64,000 nucleotides of DNA from Octopus sinensis. Taxonomy: Eukaryota. The translations under genes were made by a program, and so were the position numbers. Shown here in pieces: positions 26,711-38,666 of the stretch (position 1 is the stretch's first letter; the number at the start of each line of letters is the position of its first letter). The notes beneath the pieces were generated by a model. That model made no database searches. It worked only from the letters and a program-made list of their open reading frames with translations, and was not told the origin of the DNA. The DNA lies in contig NC_043005.1 of assembly GCF_006345805.1 (NCBI RefSeq), positions 102,858,001 to 102,922,000 of the forward strand, in the 5' to 3' direction.

Positions 26711-27652
26711 AGACGGCGAGCTGGTAGAAACGTTAGCACGCCGGGCGAAATGCTAAATCTCTGTCACTACGTTTTGTGTTCAAATTCCGCCGTGGTTGAC
26801 TTTGCCTCTCATCCTTTCGGGGTCGATTAAATAAGTACCAGTTACGCACTGGGGTCGATATAATTGACTTAATCCGTTTGTCTGTCCTTATTTGTCTCCT
26901 CTCTATTTAGCCCCTTGTGGGTAGTAAAGAAATAGGTATTTCGTCTGCTGCTATGTTCTGAGTTCAAATTCTGCCGAGGTCGACTTTGCCTTTCATCCTT
27001 TCGGGGTCGATAAATTAAGTACCAGTTACGCACTGGGGTCGATATAATTGACTTAATCCGTTTGTCTGTCCTTGTTTGTCTCCTCTCTGTTTAGCCCCTT
27101 GTGGGTAGTAAAGAAATAGGTATTTCGTCTGCTGGATATTCTGAGTTCAAATTCTGCCGAGGTCGACTTTGCCTTTCATCCTTTCGGAGTCGATAAATTA
27201 AGTACCAGTTACGCACTGGGGTCGATATAATTCACTTAATCCGTTTGTCTGTCCTTATTTGCCTCCTCTCTATTTAGCCCCTTGTGGGTAGTAAAGAAAT
27301 AGGTATTTCGTCTGCTGCTATGTTCTGAGTTCAAATTCTGCCGAGGTCGACTTTGCCTTTCATCCTTTCGGGGTCGATAAATTAAGTACCAGTTACGCAC
27401 TGGGGTCGATATAATTCACTTAATCTGTTTGTCTGTCCTTGTTTGTCTCCTCTCTGTTTAGCCCCTTGTGGGTAGTAAAGAAATAGGTATTTTGACTGTC
27501 TTTACGTTCCGAGTTCAAAATCTGCCGAGGTTGACTTTGTCTTTCGCCCTTTCGGGACCGATATATTAAGTGCCAGTTGCGTACTGGGGTCGATCTTATC
27601 GACTGTCCCCCGCTAAAAGAAATTGGGGCCTTGTGCCTAGAGTAGAAAATTA
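26711..27652 (+). mobile_element. Tandem array of five family-A SINE units (~184-bp period)
   Basis: One tRNA-like head is followed by units restarting at GGTATTT at 26935, 27119, 27302 and 27486. Units 1-4 end in tail-1 (…GTAGTAAAGAAATA) and unit 5 ends in tail-2. Confidence 0.92.
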
Positions 27653-28040
27653 TATATTATTTGCTCTACGAGCCACAGAACATCACATTATGAGTGTGCT
27701 CAACCAGGTAGAAAGGGCAGTGAAATTTTTTCATATTATCTATAAAAAGAAGGAGAGATATTGATGGATGTATTCCAACATATATTACGTCTGAAACATA
27801 AAGCAGGATAGTCATGACGGGAAAATCTTTGGCCATAGTACTTAATGTGAACAACAAAGCGACATGACCTCATGAGGTTGTTGGTCATCCAAGAAATAGA
27901 AGCCAAATCACTCTTGAATCTCATTCCTGCAATTTATATGAAGGCGAAATAATATAACATATGTATTCAGGGAAATGCAAGCATGGATGTAAAACATCTT
28001 AACCAAAATCGAGAAACCACGTTGACAGGTCTACACAATC

Positions 28041-28273
28041 TATTTCTTTACTACCCACAAGGGGCTAAACACAGAGAGGACAAACACGGACAGACAAACA
28101 GATTAAGTCGATTACATCGATCCCAGTGCGTAACTGGTACTTAATTTATCGACCCCGAAAGGATGAAATGCAAAGTCGACCTCGGCGGAATTTGAACTCA
28201 GAACGCAGAGGCGGACGAAATACCGCAAAATATTTCGCCCGGCGTGCTAGCGTTTCTGCCAGCTCACCGCCTT
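28041..28273 (-). mobile_element. Full-length monomeric family-A SINE with a 16-bp TSD
   Basis: Complete head, central domain and tail-1. It is flanked by ACAGGTCTACACAATC (28025-28040) and ACAGGTCTACAAAATC (28274-28289). Confidence 0.92.
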
Positions 28274-28801
28274 ACAGGTCTACAAAATCGTAGATGACTG
28301 ATGACTAATCCACAACATAGCATCATCAACGACAATGTTAGCAGTACATATTTCTACTACCAAATCTAATTTTCAGGGAACGTGCTCGGTTTTCAAAATT
28401 TGAAACCATCTCAACTATCGGCCCTATTAGTGCTCGTATTCAATAGAACCTCGTACAATTAATATTATCATATAAAGAAGCCCTTTAGCAAAATGAAATA
28501 AAGTCACACGAGTTGATTTGTTTCATATCGGATATTATGTTATAAACACCTCCGAGTTTATTATTGATTCTCTATATCTAGCTGCAATGTTCAGCAAGCG
28601 TGTATCTTTAGTTATTTATGTCTAGAATTCCATTTCTACCATTGAGGCTGAGAAATAAAAAGAATCACTCAAATCGATATTGCCATTAATCAATAAGCGA
28701 CGTCAAAAGTGGAGGTAGTGAATGAAAAGTTACGAAGAGGGTGGGTGAAGAAGAAGGAAAGAGAAAATATAGGAACGGAAATATAAATGAAAATAACTAT
28801 A

Positions 28802-28856
<55 letters not shown>

Positions 28857-28992
28857 CATATGTGTGTGTGTGTATTCTGAATGTATGTATGTAGATATTT
28901 ATATATACAGACGCATATACATATATATATAGATATATTTATGTATCTATATATTTTTACATATATATGCATATATGTATATATATATATAA

Positions 28993-29044
<52 letters not shown>

Positions 29045-29127
29045 ATATATGTATATATATGCATACTACAGACACACACATATATATATACATATATACA
29101 TATTTTTATACATATATACATGTTTTA

Positions 29128-29224
<97 letters not shown>

Positions 29225-29764
29225 TATACTCCATGTGTGCAAAGATATATAACAATAGATACGGATATATATATGCATGTTTGTGTGCGCGCCGAAAGTG
29301 TGTGCGTATGGTTTATAACTTTATGAAAAAATACAGGATTATCCCCTATCATGAATAGCTTCTACATATCTGCATTGAGTTCCATCATGTGTACAAATAT
29401 TTAATGGTTTTCACACGCACACACACACACACACAAGCACATGCAAAGACAAGAAGCACATAAATGCGTACACGTGTATATTCATGATTGAATAAGGATG
29501 TATATTTGTGCATTTATAAAAGTATGCATCAAATGAATAAAGGAATCTGACTGTGTTCAAGAATAGATATGGAAGCAGAGTGTTTATGCGTATATATGTA
29601 TGTAAATATGTACGCGGTAGATAGATAGATAGATAAATAGATAGATAGATAGATAGAGAGGAGAGAGAGAGAGAGAGAGGAGAGAGATAAATGAATATAC
29701 TTATTTATAGATATATATGTTTCTGGGAGATAGATGTTCAGACGATAGATATACTGACAGATAG

Positions 29765-29803
<39 letters not shown>

Positions 29804-30452
29804 CAGAGAGACAGAGAAAGAGAGAATGAAGAGAGAAAGTATAGTTTCTCGTATGTATGTCTCAGGGAAGGTTCTACTGTCACCTGTATGCAAATATAGA
29901 GGTATATATACGTTGATATGTATCTACATACACACACACGCAAACAAACGCATACACACGTATATGTGAAATGACACGTGGATAGGTGGTAAAAGGATCA
30001 CACTTGGAAATTTGTTAATAAAAATGTTTATATTTACGACACACAGTCGCTGATTTTGCAACTGTTATACATACACACACTCACACACACACAAATACAC
30101 ACGCGCACACACACATGTCTATATACGTACATATAAGCATGCATTCATAAATGTATGCATACAAATGCATACATATATGCATGAGTATACATATATGTAT
30201 ACATATATGTATACATATATATATATATATCGATAGATAGATGGATAGATAGATGGACATCCCAGAGCTACACACATATAACATATATAAGTTATGTATC
30301 CCTAAGTGTCTATTCATACATAAAATGCATATGCACAATATACACCTATTCATGAAATATTAAACACTAAGTTTAATATACGTATATATAAATTCAAATT
30401 TAACTATGCACACAAACACAACATATTCATACATATATAGGTAGGTATATAT

Positions 30453-30529
<77 letters not shown>

Positions 30530-31669
30530 GTATATAACTGCATATATATGCATGTATGTATACAGTTTGTATACATATATGTACATATATGTATATGTGT
30601 GTATATATATATATATATACTCATATATATATACATATACACACATACATATACATATATATGTGTGTGTGTGTGTACATATGTACATACATATATTTAT
30701 GTATCGATGAATATATACGTATATACATACATATATACATACATATATACACAGGCATATACTCACATTCATATTCAGATATGCGAAAATACATACACGA
30801 ATTTATGTAAAGGAACTTTTTTGATTTTTCGTTTTCTTTTGCAAAACTCGAGAAAAAGCAATAAATATGCAAGGACTTTGTATTTTGTAACAAAATAGTT
30901 GACATGCTTTTCACACCAATGGAACTCCTGCTGAATAAAAACCGTTGGTATTCATAATTGATTATCGAAGAAAAGGATAAACGAAAACAAAAACGAAATA
31001 ACAAAAACAAAATAAGTGTGCCTAATATTCTATATTTTCATTGTTCCTTCTATTTATACGTATGTATCTTTGCAATAACGTAGTATTTGTCAGAGTTTTC
31101 CCATTGTAAATTATTGAATTTGTCTACGGAGTACAAATAGCGATACTGAACTATGAAGAATCCACTTGTAACGGTAGTGAAGATGAATAAACACAATCGT
31201 ATTTTTTTCTTTCCTGAAGTATACAGTGCCATTCACCGAAGTGTGTGTGGCTTAGATACATCAAATTTGTTTAGGTGTTAGAATGTTCAATTCTACCTAT
31301 ATTTACTACTGCTTGTGCTACTTCCGTTGTGTGGGAAGAATTGTTTTTTTTCTTTTAAGTACTATCGTAGTGAGAAGAAATCATTATTCCAATGATTTCT
31401 TGTCAAAATTGCCAGATAAATCAGTCTTATGATTAAATCTAATAAAAATTAACTTAATGGGGAAGTGGTGATGTAGCGGGAATAATGTCTTTTACCCGAG
31501 GATCCCAACATATGTCATTCTTTGATCTCCAGTGAAAAACATCTTGTCTTGCACTGATTGGGCATTATAATGACGTTTATACAGGCGCAAACATACACAC
31601 ACAATCGCACAAACTCACGCACACATAAATATATCTCTGTCTAAATATATATCCTGCAAGATAAGAAAA

Positions 31670-31828
31670 TACGCGTAGCGGTACACAAAATATCTCGTAG
31701 TCTTCGAAAATCCTTGTTTCAGTAATAGCAGTTACATCTAAAACAAATAACCTGAGACCTTTAAGAAAGCAATTTTGTTTCAAAATCGAACTTAGGCCTC
31801 GATACTTTACACAGCTTACACTCAGGAT
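31670..31828 (-). pseudogene. Old L1/Tx1-type APE endonuclease N-terminal fragment
   Basis: ILSVSCVKYRGLSSILKQNCFLKGLRLFVLDVTAITETRIF aligns without gaps to the start of ORF2 of the 1571-7802 LINE (IGCVNARGLGSPWKQGYLLNGIKSHDLGIIAISETRL). Confidence 0.7.
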
Positions 31829-32255
31829 AGCCGATTAAGTTATAGGTAACATGTTATGTCATTTGCCTTTGTTTCCGTGGATGACTGTTGAAACAGCCTT
31901 CATTTTTTTTGAAGGGAAAGTGATGAAATATTTTTAGGAGATTATTTTTGGTGTACAACTTTTGAATTGCCTGGAAGAATTTCTCCTTTAAATCCAGACA
32001 CATATTCGCATCGATTTGAATTAGCAGTTTGTCCGATGGTGCTTTCGAGAAGAGTCCAACAAAACATTCCACACTTTTCAGAATGTTTTTGTTAATTACT
32101 TCCTCAGTCAACTCATTGTTATTCTTCTGAATAACAGTGAAATTGATGAAGGAAGTACATACACGTGTGTGTACATCCATAAGAGCATTAGACCAAAGCC
32201 AGATATACAAATAATTAGGAATCAATGAACTAGATACGATACAACACACACACAA

Positions 32256-32390
32256 ATGAAAGAGAAGATAAGGAAAGAATGCTATAGACCAGTTAGATTA
32301 ATACTGAAAACAGAGCTCAATGCGAAAAACAAGATAATAGGTATCAACACTCTCGCCATCCCAGTTATGTGTTACAGCTATCATAGTAAG
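32256..32390 (+). pseudogene. Fragment of a non-LTR RT thumb region, R4/Dong-like (RLE-type)
   Basis: MKEKIRKECYRPVRLILKTELNAKNKIIGINTLAIPVMCYS resembles the KEYxRRVRxILKSELNxxNKIxAINxLAxPVxxYS motif. Confidence 0.65.
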
Positions 32391-32724
32391 TGCATTAGGT
32401 ATGATAAAAGAACGTTCGGACAAACACATAACAAAACCACCAGGACTAACAAGTATATATAACATACATCAAATAGCACTACTAGGCACCGGACACATCC
32501 TACGTAAAACACTTTCAATAGAGTAACCATAAGAGCATCACAACAAAACACAGCGTAAACCCATGGCACACAGAGCTGCACTTGGTAGTGCAGTAAAAAC
32601 ACGTGATAAAAATATGACTACTTTTTCTTTTGTAGTTACATCTCATAGCTGCAGCCATGCTGATAAACCGCCGTTTTGCTACACTGTTATTACTGAGAGC
32701 CTCTTCCAATATGTGGCCCTCAGT

Positions 32725-32815
32725 TAAGAATAGAGTATTATTTGAAACTCTTGCCGTGAGGTAGGTTCAGCTAGGACTCTCGACAAGAAGAGTTCCAGAT
32801 TTGATTTTAAAACGC
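32725..32815 (-). pseudogene. Possible CR1/L2-type ORF2 C-terminal fragment
   Basis: LKSNLELFLSRVLAEPTSRQE resembles the FKxxLDxFLxxVPDEP terminus. Confidence 0.4.
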
Positions 32816-33199
32816 TTACAATTTAGTACAGCTCCAGAAAAGTGTTATTATGGACAGCTAGGATACTCCGGAGTGTTCTTAGCATCTAAGTTCATTGTTG
32901 TAGCCCGATGTTAAGAATTTTTATTTTCCAGCTAAATAATCTGTTGTGCGTATATGCCAAAAAAAAAGAGAATATAAAGATCATAAAGACAACAACAACA
33001 ATAATAATTACTGTAGTTATCTTTACACCCTAGGCATCACACCAACATGAACTTCCAACTTGTCTCTTGAGGATTCTGGGTGAGACTTGGAGTCAATTTG
33101 CACAAATACAAAAGTCTCTGTGTGTGTGCGTGTGTGTCTCTCTCTCTATTTCTCTCACACACCCTGTTTCTCTTGGTCTCTCTCTCTCTCTCTCTCTCT

Positions 33200-33244
<45 letters not shown>

Positions 33245-33258
33245 ATAATATATATATA

Positions 33259-33482
33259 TATTAACTCTCATATATTGCTTTCATCTAAAATCTTGTCTTC
33301 TAATGTCTACTTTCATTTTCGGACAGTTAGCGCATATAAACCCTACTTTCTGATTGGGTAAAAATGACCAATATTTAAACTTCTGTAACGTTTGTCTGGA
33401 ATTCAGTGTGAAAAAGTACATCAATATACCAGATTTGAAAATTTTCCGTTAGTTTCACAATTTTGAAATCTGTGACAGATCT

Positions 33483-33526
<44 letters not shown>

Positions 33527-33850
33527 ACTTTCTCTCACTTTCTCTCACTCTCTCCCTCTCTTTCTTTCTCTTCCTCATTCTCTCTCTCTCTTTTTCTCTA
33601 TACGTATTACCTCTCATGCATTGCTTTCATTTAAAATCTTGTCCTGTACTGTTTATTTTCATTTCTGGCAGCTGTCGCGTAGAAAACCTGTTTTCTGATT
33701 GGATAAAAATCACCAATCTTTGATATTCTGCAACATTTTCCAATAATTTATCTGGAATTCAACATGAAAAAGTACATCAATATACAAAATTTGAAAGTTT
33801 TCCCTTAATTTTAAACTTTACAAATCTGAGACTGCAACACAACAGATCTC
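33259..33850. repeat. Diverged tandem duplication of a ~220-245-bp unit separated by (CT)n
   Basis: 33259-33480 and ~33607-33850 share CTCTCAT…ATTGCTTTCAT.TAAAATCTTGTC, TTTCTGATTGG.TAAAAAT.ACCAAT and TGAAAAAGTACATCAATATAC. Both end in ACAGATCTCTCT. Confidence 0.8.
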
Positions 33851-34299
33851 TCTATCTCTCCTCAATTTCTCGTGGTAAACATTTTAACTGTCTATAAAAG
33901 TATATCGCTCATACTAAGTATTTATTAGTGTGTGTAAGGAATTTCATTAGGGCAACAGATGGATGTAAAAAGTAATTTATTTTAATATTATGCTTTCTGT
34001 TAGTAAATATGTTTTTTTCTTCATCATACATTCGGAATCGCTTCCTGGGGGATGGGTCTAAAATTTATATTACAATTATTTTTTGCCATTGCTTCAACAC
34101 CCAGCAATAAACCATATAATGAGGAGGAAAATATTAAAAAAAAACATCAATACATGTCAGAGTGACAAAGTAACAAGGAAGGTACCAGGATGTCGTGAGA
34201 TGAGCTAGAAACAACAGCTTAGTCTCCTTTAAATTAGACAACTATTCGTCTAAAATATGTTTGGAAATTATTAATAGATAGAAACTGCAGATTCAGATT

Positions 34300-34816
34300 A
34301 TCCTTTTTTTTTCTTTAATCAATGATTAAAATAAAAGTTCGAAAAAAAGCCAAAATCTTCGTATTTACGGGGTGAAGGTTTTAATGTAAAAAACAATTGT
34401 TTTTAAATTACGTTTCATTTTCTGTTTGGGGATAGTATTATTAATCATCGATATCTAATTTTTTCTAAACCATCAAGCCTTATGCCATCGTTTTTAAGTG
34501 CGTAGTGGGGTCGATAAATTTAATAAATTTTCAAAAGGCTTTTGAATTTCTGAACCGACAACGCGTCTCCTATTATTTTTAAGTACATAGTGCAAAAATG
34601 AAGTTAGAGAGAATTGGTTCGTAACGGAAAGTGGAAGGCACATAAAAATTTTTTGAAAAATCTTTTCTCCGATCCGTTGTAAGAGTGTGATCAAAAGTAT
34701 TTGAGAATCCCCGTCAAAACGGAGGAAATCAAACTTAGATAGGTGTCCTATTCCGAAAGCCCACCAAGGTTTTCTATTATGAAAATTACCAGGCAATGAT
34801 GGGATATCCAGCTAGT
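34300..34816 (+). mobile_element. Possible non-autonomous Helitron-like element (3' end only supported)
   Basis: It ends CCAGGCAATGATGGGATATCCAGCTAG|T, a degenerate subterminal hairpin plus CTAG-T. The 5' boundary is a guess. Confidence 0.3.
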
Positions 34817-35491
34817 ATACACCCCCACACGCACACACACACTGACTCACACGCACACACACAAACACACACAAATACACACACCCATGCAGACATATGC
34901 ACACACTGACTCACATAGACAACTTATTCGTGACAACTTATTTGTATATAAGTACAACCACATCCACTCATACCAATGGTCACATATACACATACAAATG
35001 CCAGCCCATATATATACATTTCTTTTTTTGACAAATTTGTCACCTTTCTTCCAGTACAGTAACATAATACATTTTTAGAAAAATACGCCAATGCAGATTA
35101 ATTACTTCTTCACTAGTATCACGAGTTATAGAAAATATTTAAAAAGAGCGCGCCGCACAATATTGATTGTATGAATTTAAAAATAAAAAACTGCATTAAA
35201 ATATTACCATAAAAATGACAATTCACAATATATGGGTATAAATATATTTTCAAATCTAATTATTATGCAACGTGTCAAGTTAACGAAACATTTCGTTCTA
35301 GTGATTCTTGCACTTCAAAGTCAAATTCTAAGTTTATACCGAATGTTACATGCATTAATATAAAATCCTATACTTCCTCTGACATCATTTTCCAATATTC
35401 CTTTCAAAGACAATATTCATGAATTTAGAGCCATATAATATCTCAATCATTATTTATTGATAAATTTTTATGCATGCATCTATGTATGTAT

Positions 35492-35626
<135 letters not shown>

Positions 35627-35702
35627 TATATGCGTACACACACACACAAACATATATATACATATAAATGCAGTTAAATGCAGGTGTTGTTCAAATTCGT
35701 TT

Positions 35703-35786
35703 ACTTCCGACACATGTTTCGAAGATATCATTGGTATTATTCCAAAGGAATAAAATGGTGTAAAACATTGTAATCTTCAGGGAAAT
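35703..35786 (-). ncRNA. Degenerate hammerhead-like motif in a PLE remnant
   Basis: The minus strand reads ATTTCC-CTGAAGA-[53 nt]-GAAACATGT-GTC-GGAAGT. Stem I and the cores are present; the base of stem II does not pair canonically. Confidence 0.45.
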
Positions 35787-35928
35787 GAAGAAATGAAACT
35801 CGTCGATAAGACATTTTAACAGAATATGATGGATATGTATAGAGAGTAGCAAAGGCAAAATACACACATATATATACATATATATATATATGTGTGTGTG
35901 TGTGTTGTGTGTGTGTGTGTGTGTGTGT

Positions 35929-36355
35929 AATCAAAATAAGCAACAAGAATATCCAGAGGTAATGCAATGCGATCGTTTCATGCGACTTCATTTAATTGAA
36001 CACTGCAAACATTACATCAAATTAAAATGTAGAGCAAACTTCAGCTGCGTAAAAATATTTTGTTAAATTTTGTTAAATTCGAAGGACTCATTTGTATTTG
36101 TTTGTTCCAAAATCACCAAGAGGATAAGTAGATAGACAAAGAATATGTTTTATCAAAAACATCACAGTTGTAACTGGTGATTTTGGATAAAAATATTTAT
36201 ACAAATGAGTTCTTCGAATTTAACAAAATTCTATATTTTTATACTGCTGAAGATTGCTGTACATTTTAAATTGATGTAATGCTTGCATTGTTCAATTAAA
36301 TGGAGTCGCATGAAACGATCGTACTGCGTTAATATCTTTGTTGCTTATTTTGATT
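35929..36355. repeat. ~430-bp fold-back (arms 35929-36118 and 36175-36355), each arm with a hammerhead-like motif
   Basis: The arms are reverse complements (AATCAAAATAAGCAACAA…CCAAAATCACCA / TGGTGATTTTGG…TTGTTGCTTATTTTGATT). The right arm has CTGAAGA (36247) and GAA-ACGATCGT-A-CTGCG, with a palindromic stem III. Confidence 0.85.
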
Positions 36356-36492
36356 ATAATCACTAGAATTTTAAATTATATGGATACTACCATACTAAAT
36401 ACTGCTGCCTTCAGCTTAGGTACCATATTCATCTGAATCTAAATTTTACAGAAATTATATATATATATGTATATATATATATATGTACATAC

Positions 36493-36895
36493 ATGATGAC
36501 TGCCCCCTCGTTATCGAGTATGGCCTTTGCACGTAGCTTCACTGTTATTGGTGCTGTGATCGAATGTGACATTTTAGCCCTGCTAAAGGTCCACAATGTC
36601 TTGTACAGTATTGGCAACTAACACTTTTACCGGTAATAGCCGGCTGTAGTTGAAACTGGACTTCATGTACCTTTGCATGTCGTTTAAGTCCTCCTGCCGA
36701 ATTACACTCTCTTCCACATGCCTGACAGATATGATAAGTATGGTGTGTAACACCACCACCAGTGGCCAGGTTGTTACTCATCTGTCTCGCTTTATGACTA
36801 CGAAGATGACTCTTGAGTGCAGCTTAACTGAGGCAGGGTGGTTTTCCTCTAAGTTCGTGTAATCTTTTCTTGGTACGGGACTTTATGTATGCAAC
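36493..36895 (-). pseudogene. 3' end of an RTE-clade LINE encoding C2H2 zinc fingers
   Basis: …CLS*AALKSHLRSH…CQACGRECNSAGGLKRHAKVH…CQYCTRHCGPLAGLKCHIRSQH is followed by a short 3'UTR ending GGGGCAGTCATCAT. The RTE assignment is inferred from the finger style and tail. Confidence 0.6.
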
Positions 36896-37546
36896 GAAAC
36901 ACTCTGAGACATGCAACCATATAGTGAAACGTATAAATAGACGTTCGTATAAGTATGAATATATATATATATATATATACATATATATGTGTGGGGGGTG
37001 TACGTTATTTACATTTGACGGATATTTGTCCTATTGTTGACAGATATACCCTCCAGCCTTTATCAAGTGTGTTGGGGAAATTTCGAACCTGTGTTCTCGT
37101 TCATAAGGTATTTTTTCGATGTTGTTGTTGATGAAACCACCTGGCATTGCTTATTATCCTTTAAAGCTTAACAATGTTCTGCAGATTTTTATAGTCCCAG
37201 GTTTCGTGATTATTTGTAGCTTATGAATCAAGGACACGTGTTTTCTCTGCAAGAACGCAAGATCAGACATACTTCGCATCAGGCGTGTTTGTGTGTATCC
37301 TGCTTTTCCAATAATATCGGGCATAAAACTGAAGCTGCATCTTATGTACTGGAGTTGCATCCTCCACATCGAATGTCCATGGATGTCCTCTTTCTCTTCT
37401 ATTTTAATTATCACATTCTTACCTAGAGGGTAACTGATTTCTCGAACAGAAATTAAATTTTCTTGTAGTCCCACACAAGATATCTGGCTGTTTGTATTTT
37501 AATATCTGATTGTGTTAATTTTTAAGTTTCACCATTAATCGCTTCT

Positions 37547-37668
37547 GGAAGCGTGTGGATTAGTGGTCAGTGTGTTACACCCACGATCGCCAAGTTGCGG
37601 GTTCGATACCTGGGCTCTGTGGCATGTTCTGTTCTTGAGCAAAACACGTTGTTTCACGTTGCTCTAGT
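37547..37668 (+). mobile_element. Truncated family-C (CORE-like) SINE
   Basis: GTGGATTAGTGG…GGGTTCGATACC…GTTCTTGAGCAAAACAC..GTTTCACGTTGCTC.AGT is homologous to the 21170-21501 copy. Confidence 0.7.
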
Positions 37669-38121
37669 ATTGTCTGGGGACCGGAATTGCAAAGAATAGA
37701 CCAAACTTTTGCTCTGTGTACCGTAAAAGGCTAATAAAACTGGCTGAGGTAGGATATATACTCCTGTCTCGGAAAACGCTCATCAACAACGGACTACCCA
37801 AACACACCCACGGGTTGCAGGGTTGTTGCCTGAGTGGTGCGAAAGTATCATCCACTTGGATCATGGAATGACCTACAAATGGTGGATGCAACGGGGTGCT
37901 GTTACATCGCTTGCCCCTCTCCCGCCACACAGCTGCTGCTAGCGTGGTACGTCAAACGTTATCGAAAGTAGAAGTGTTCACTGATTTATTTAAACATCGT
38001 AAAGAAGCCTTCTACTAACAAGAAGTGTGACAAAGGCACACACATAATCTCACACATACACACTCATACAAACATGTATATATACATGTAATCACACTCA
38101 TATACATACATACATATATAT

Positions 38122-38176
<55 letters not shown>

Positions 38177-38300
38177 GGTACAATAAATTCAGGGTGAATA
38201 CTTCATAAATGCAAGCACCTGTATATGCCAGCTAGTAGCAGAGGTAAGAGGATATATGTATCAAATGAAATAAAATGAAAAACAGGACACAAAGAATGTC

Positions 38301-38393
38301 GCGGTACACATGTTTCGAGCTTTATAAAACAACTTATTCTTATATCAATGTATAATCGACATAACAGATAGTTTAAAAGCCCTCTTCAGCTAC
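38301..38393 (-). ncRNA. Hammerhead-like motif with intact cores and an extended stem II
   Basis: The minus strand reads GTAG-CTGAAGA-GGGCTTT…AAAGCTC-GAAACATGT-GTA-CCGC. Stem I is imperfect. Confidence 0.55.
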
Positions 38394-38580
38394 ATGCAAT
38401 TGCTACACCAAAGACGAAAGGTTTGAGAAAGAACATTTGGTATTATTTATGATGGTAGGTAAAATGAATATCACTGGGAAAGTATGTTTCTAAATCTTCA
38501 TAATCAAATAGGCGTACAGGGTATTATTGGACTCCAAAAATCCGGTTCCGGTATATATATATATACATACATATATATAT

Positions 38581-38666
<86 letters not shown>

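Noticed and set aside
26711-27652. CRISPR-like regular array
   Set aside because: The units are ~184-bp SINE copies with no unique spacers, the context is eukaryotic, and there are no cas genes.
31854-32255. 133-aa minus ORF as ORF1 of the old Tx1 fragment
   Set aside because: The position is plausible, but it has no zinc knuckle or similarity to the ORF1 at 1790-3892.
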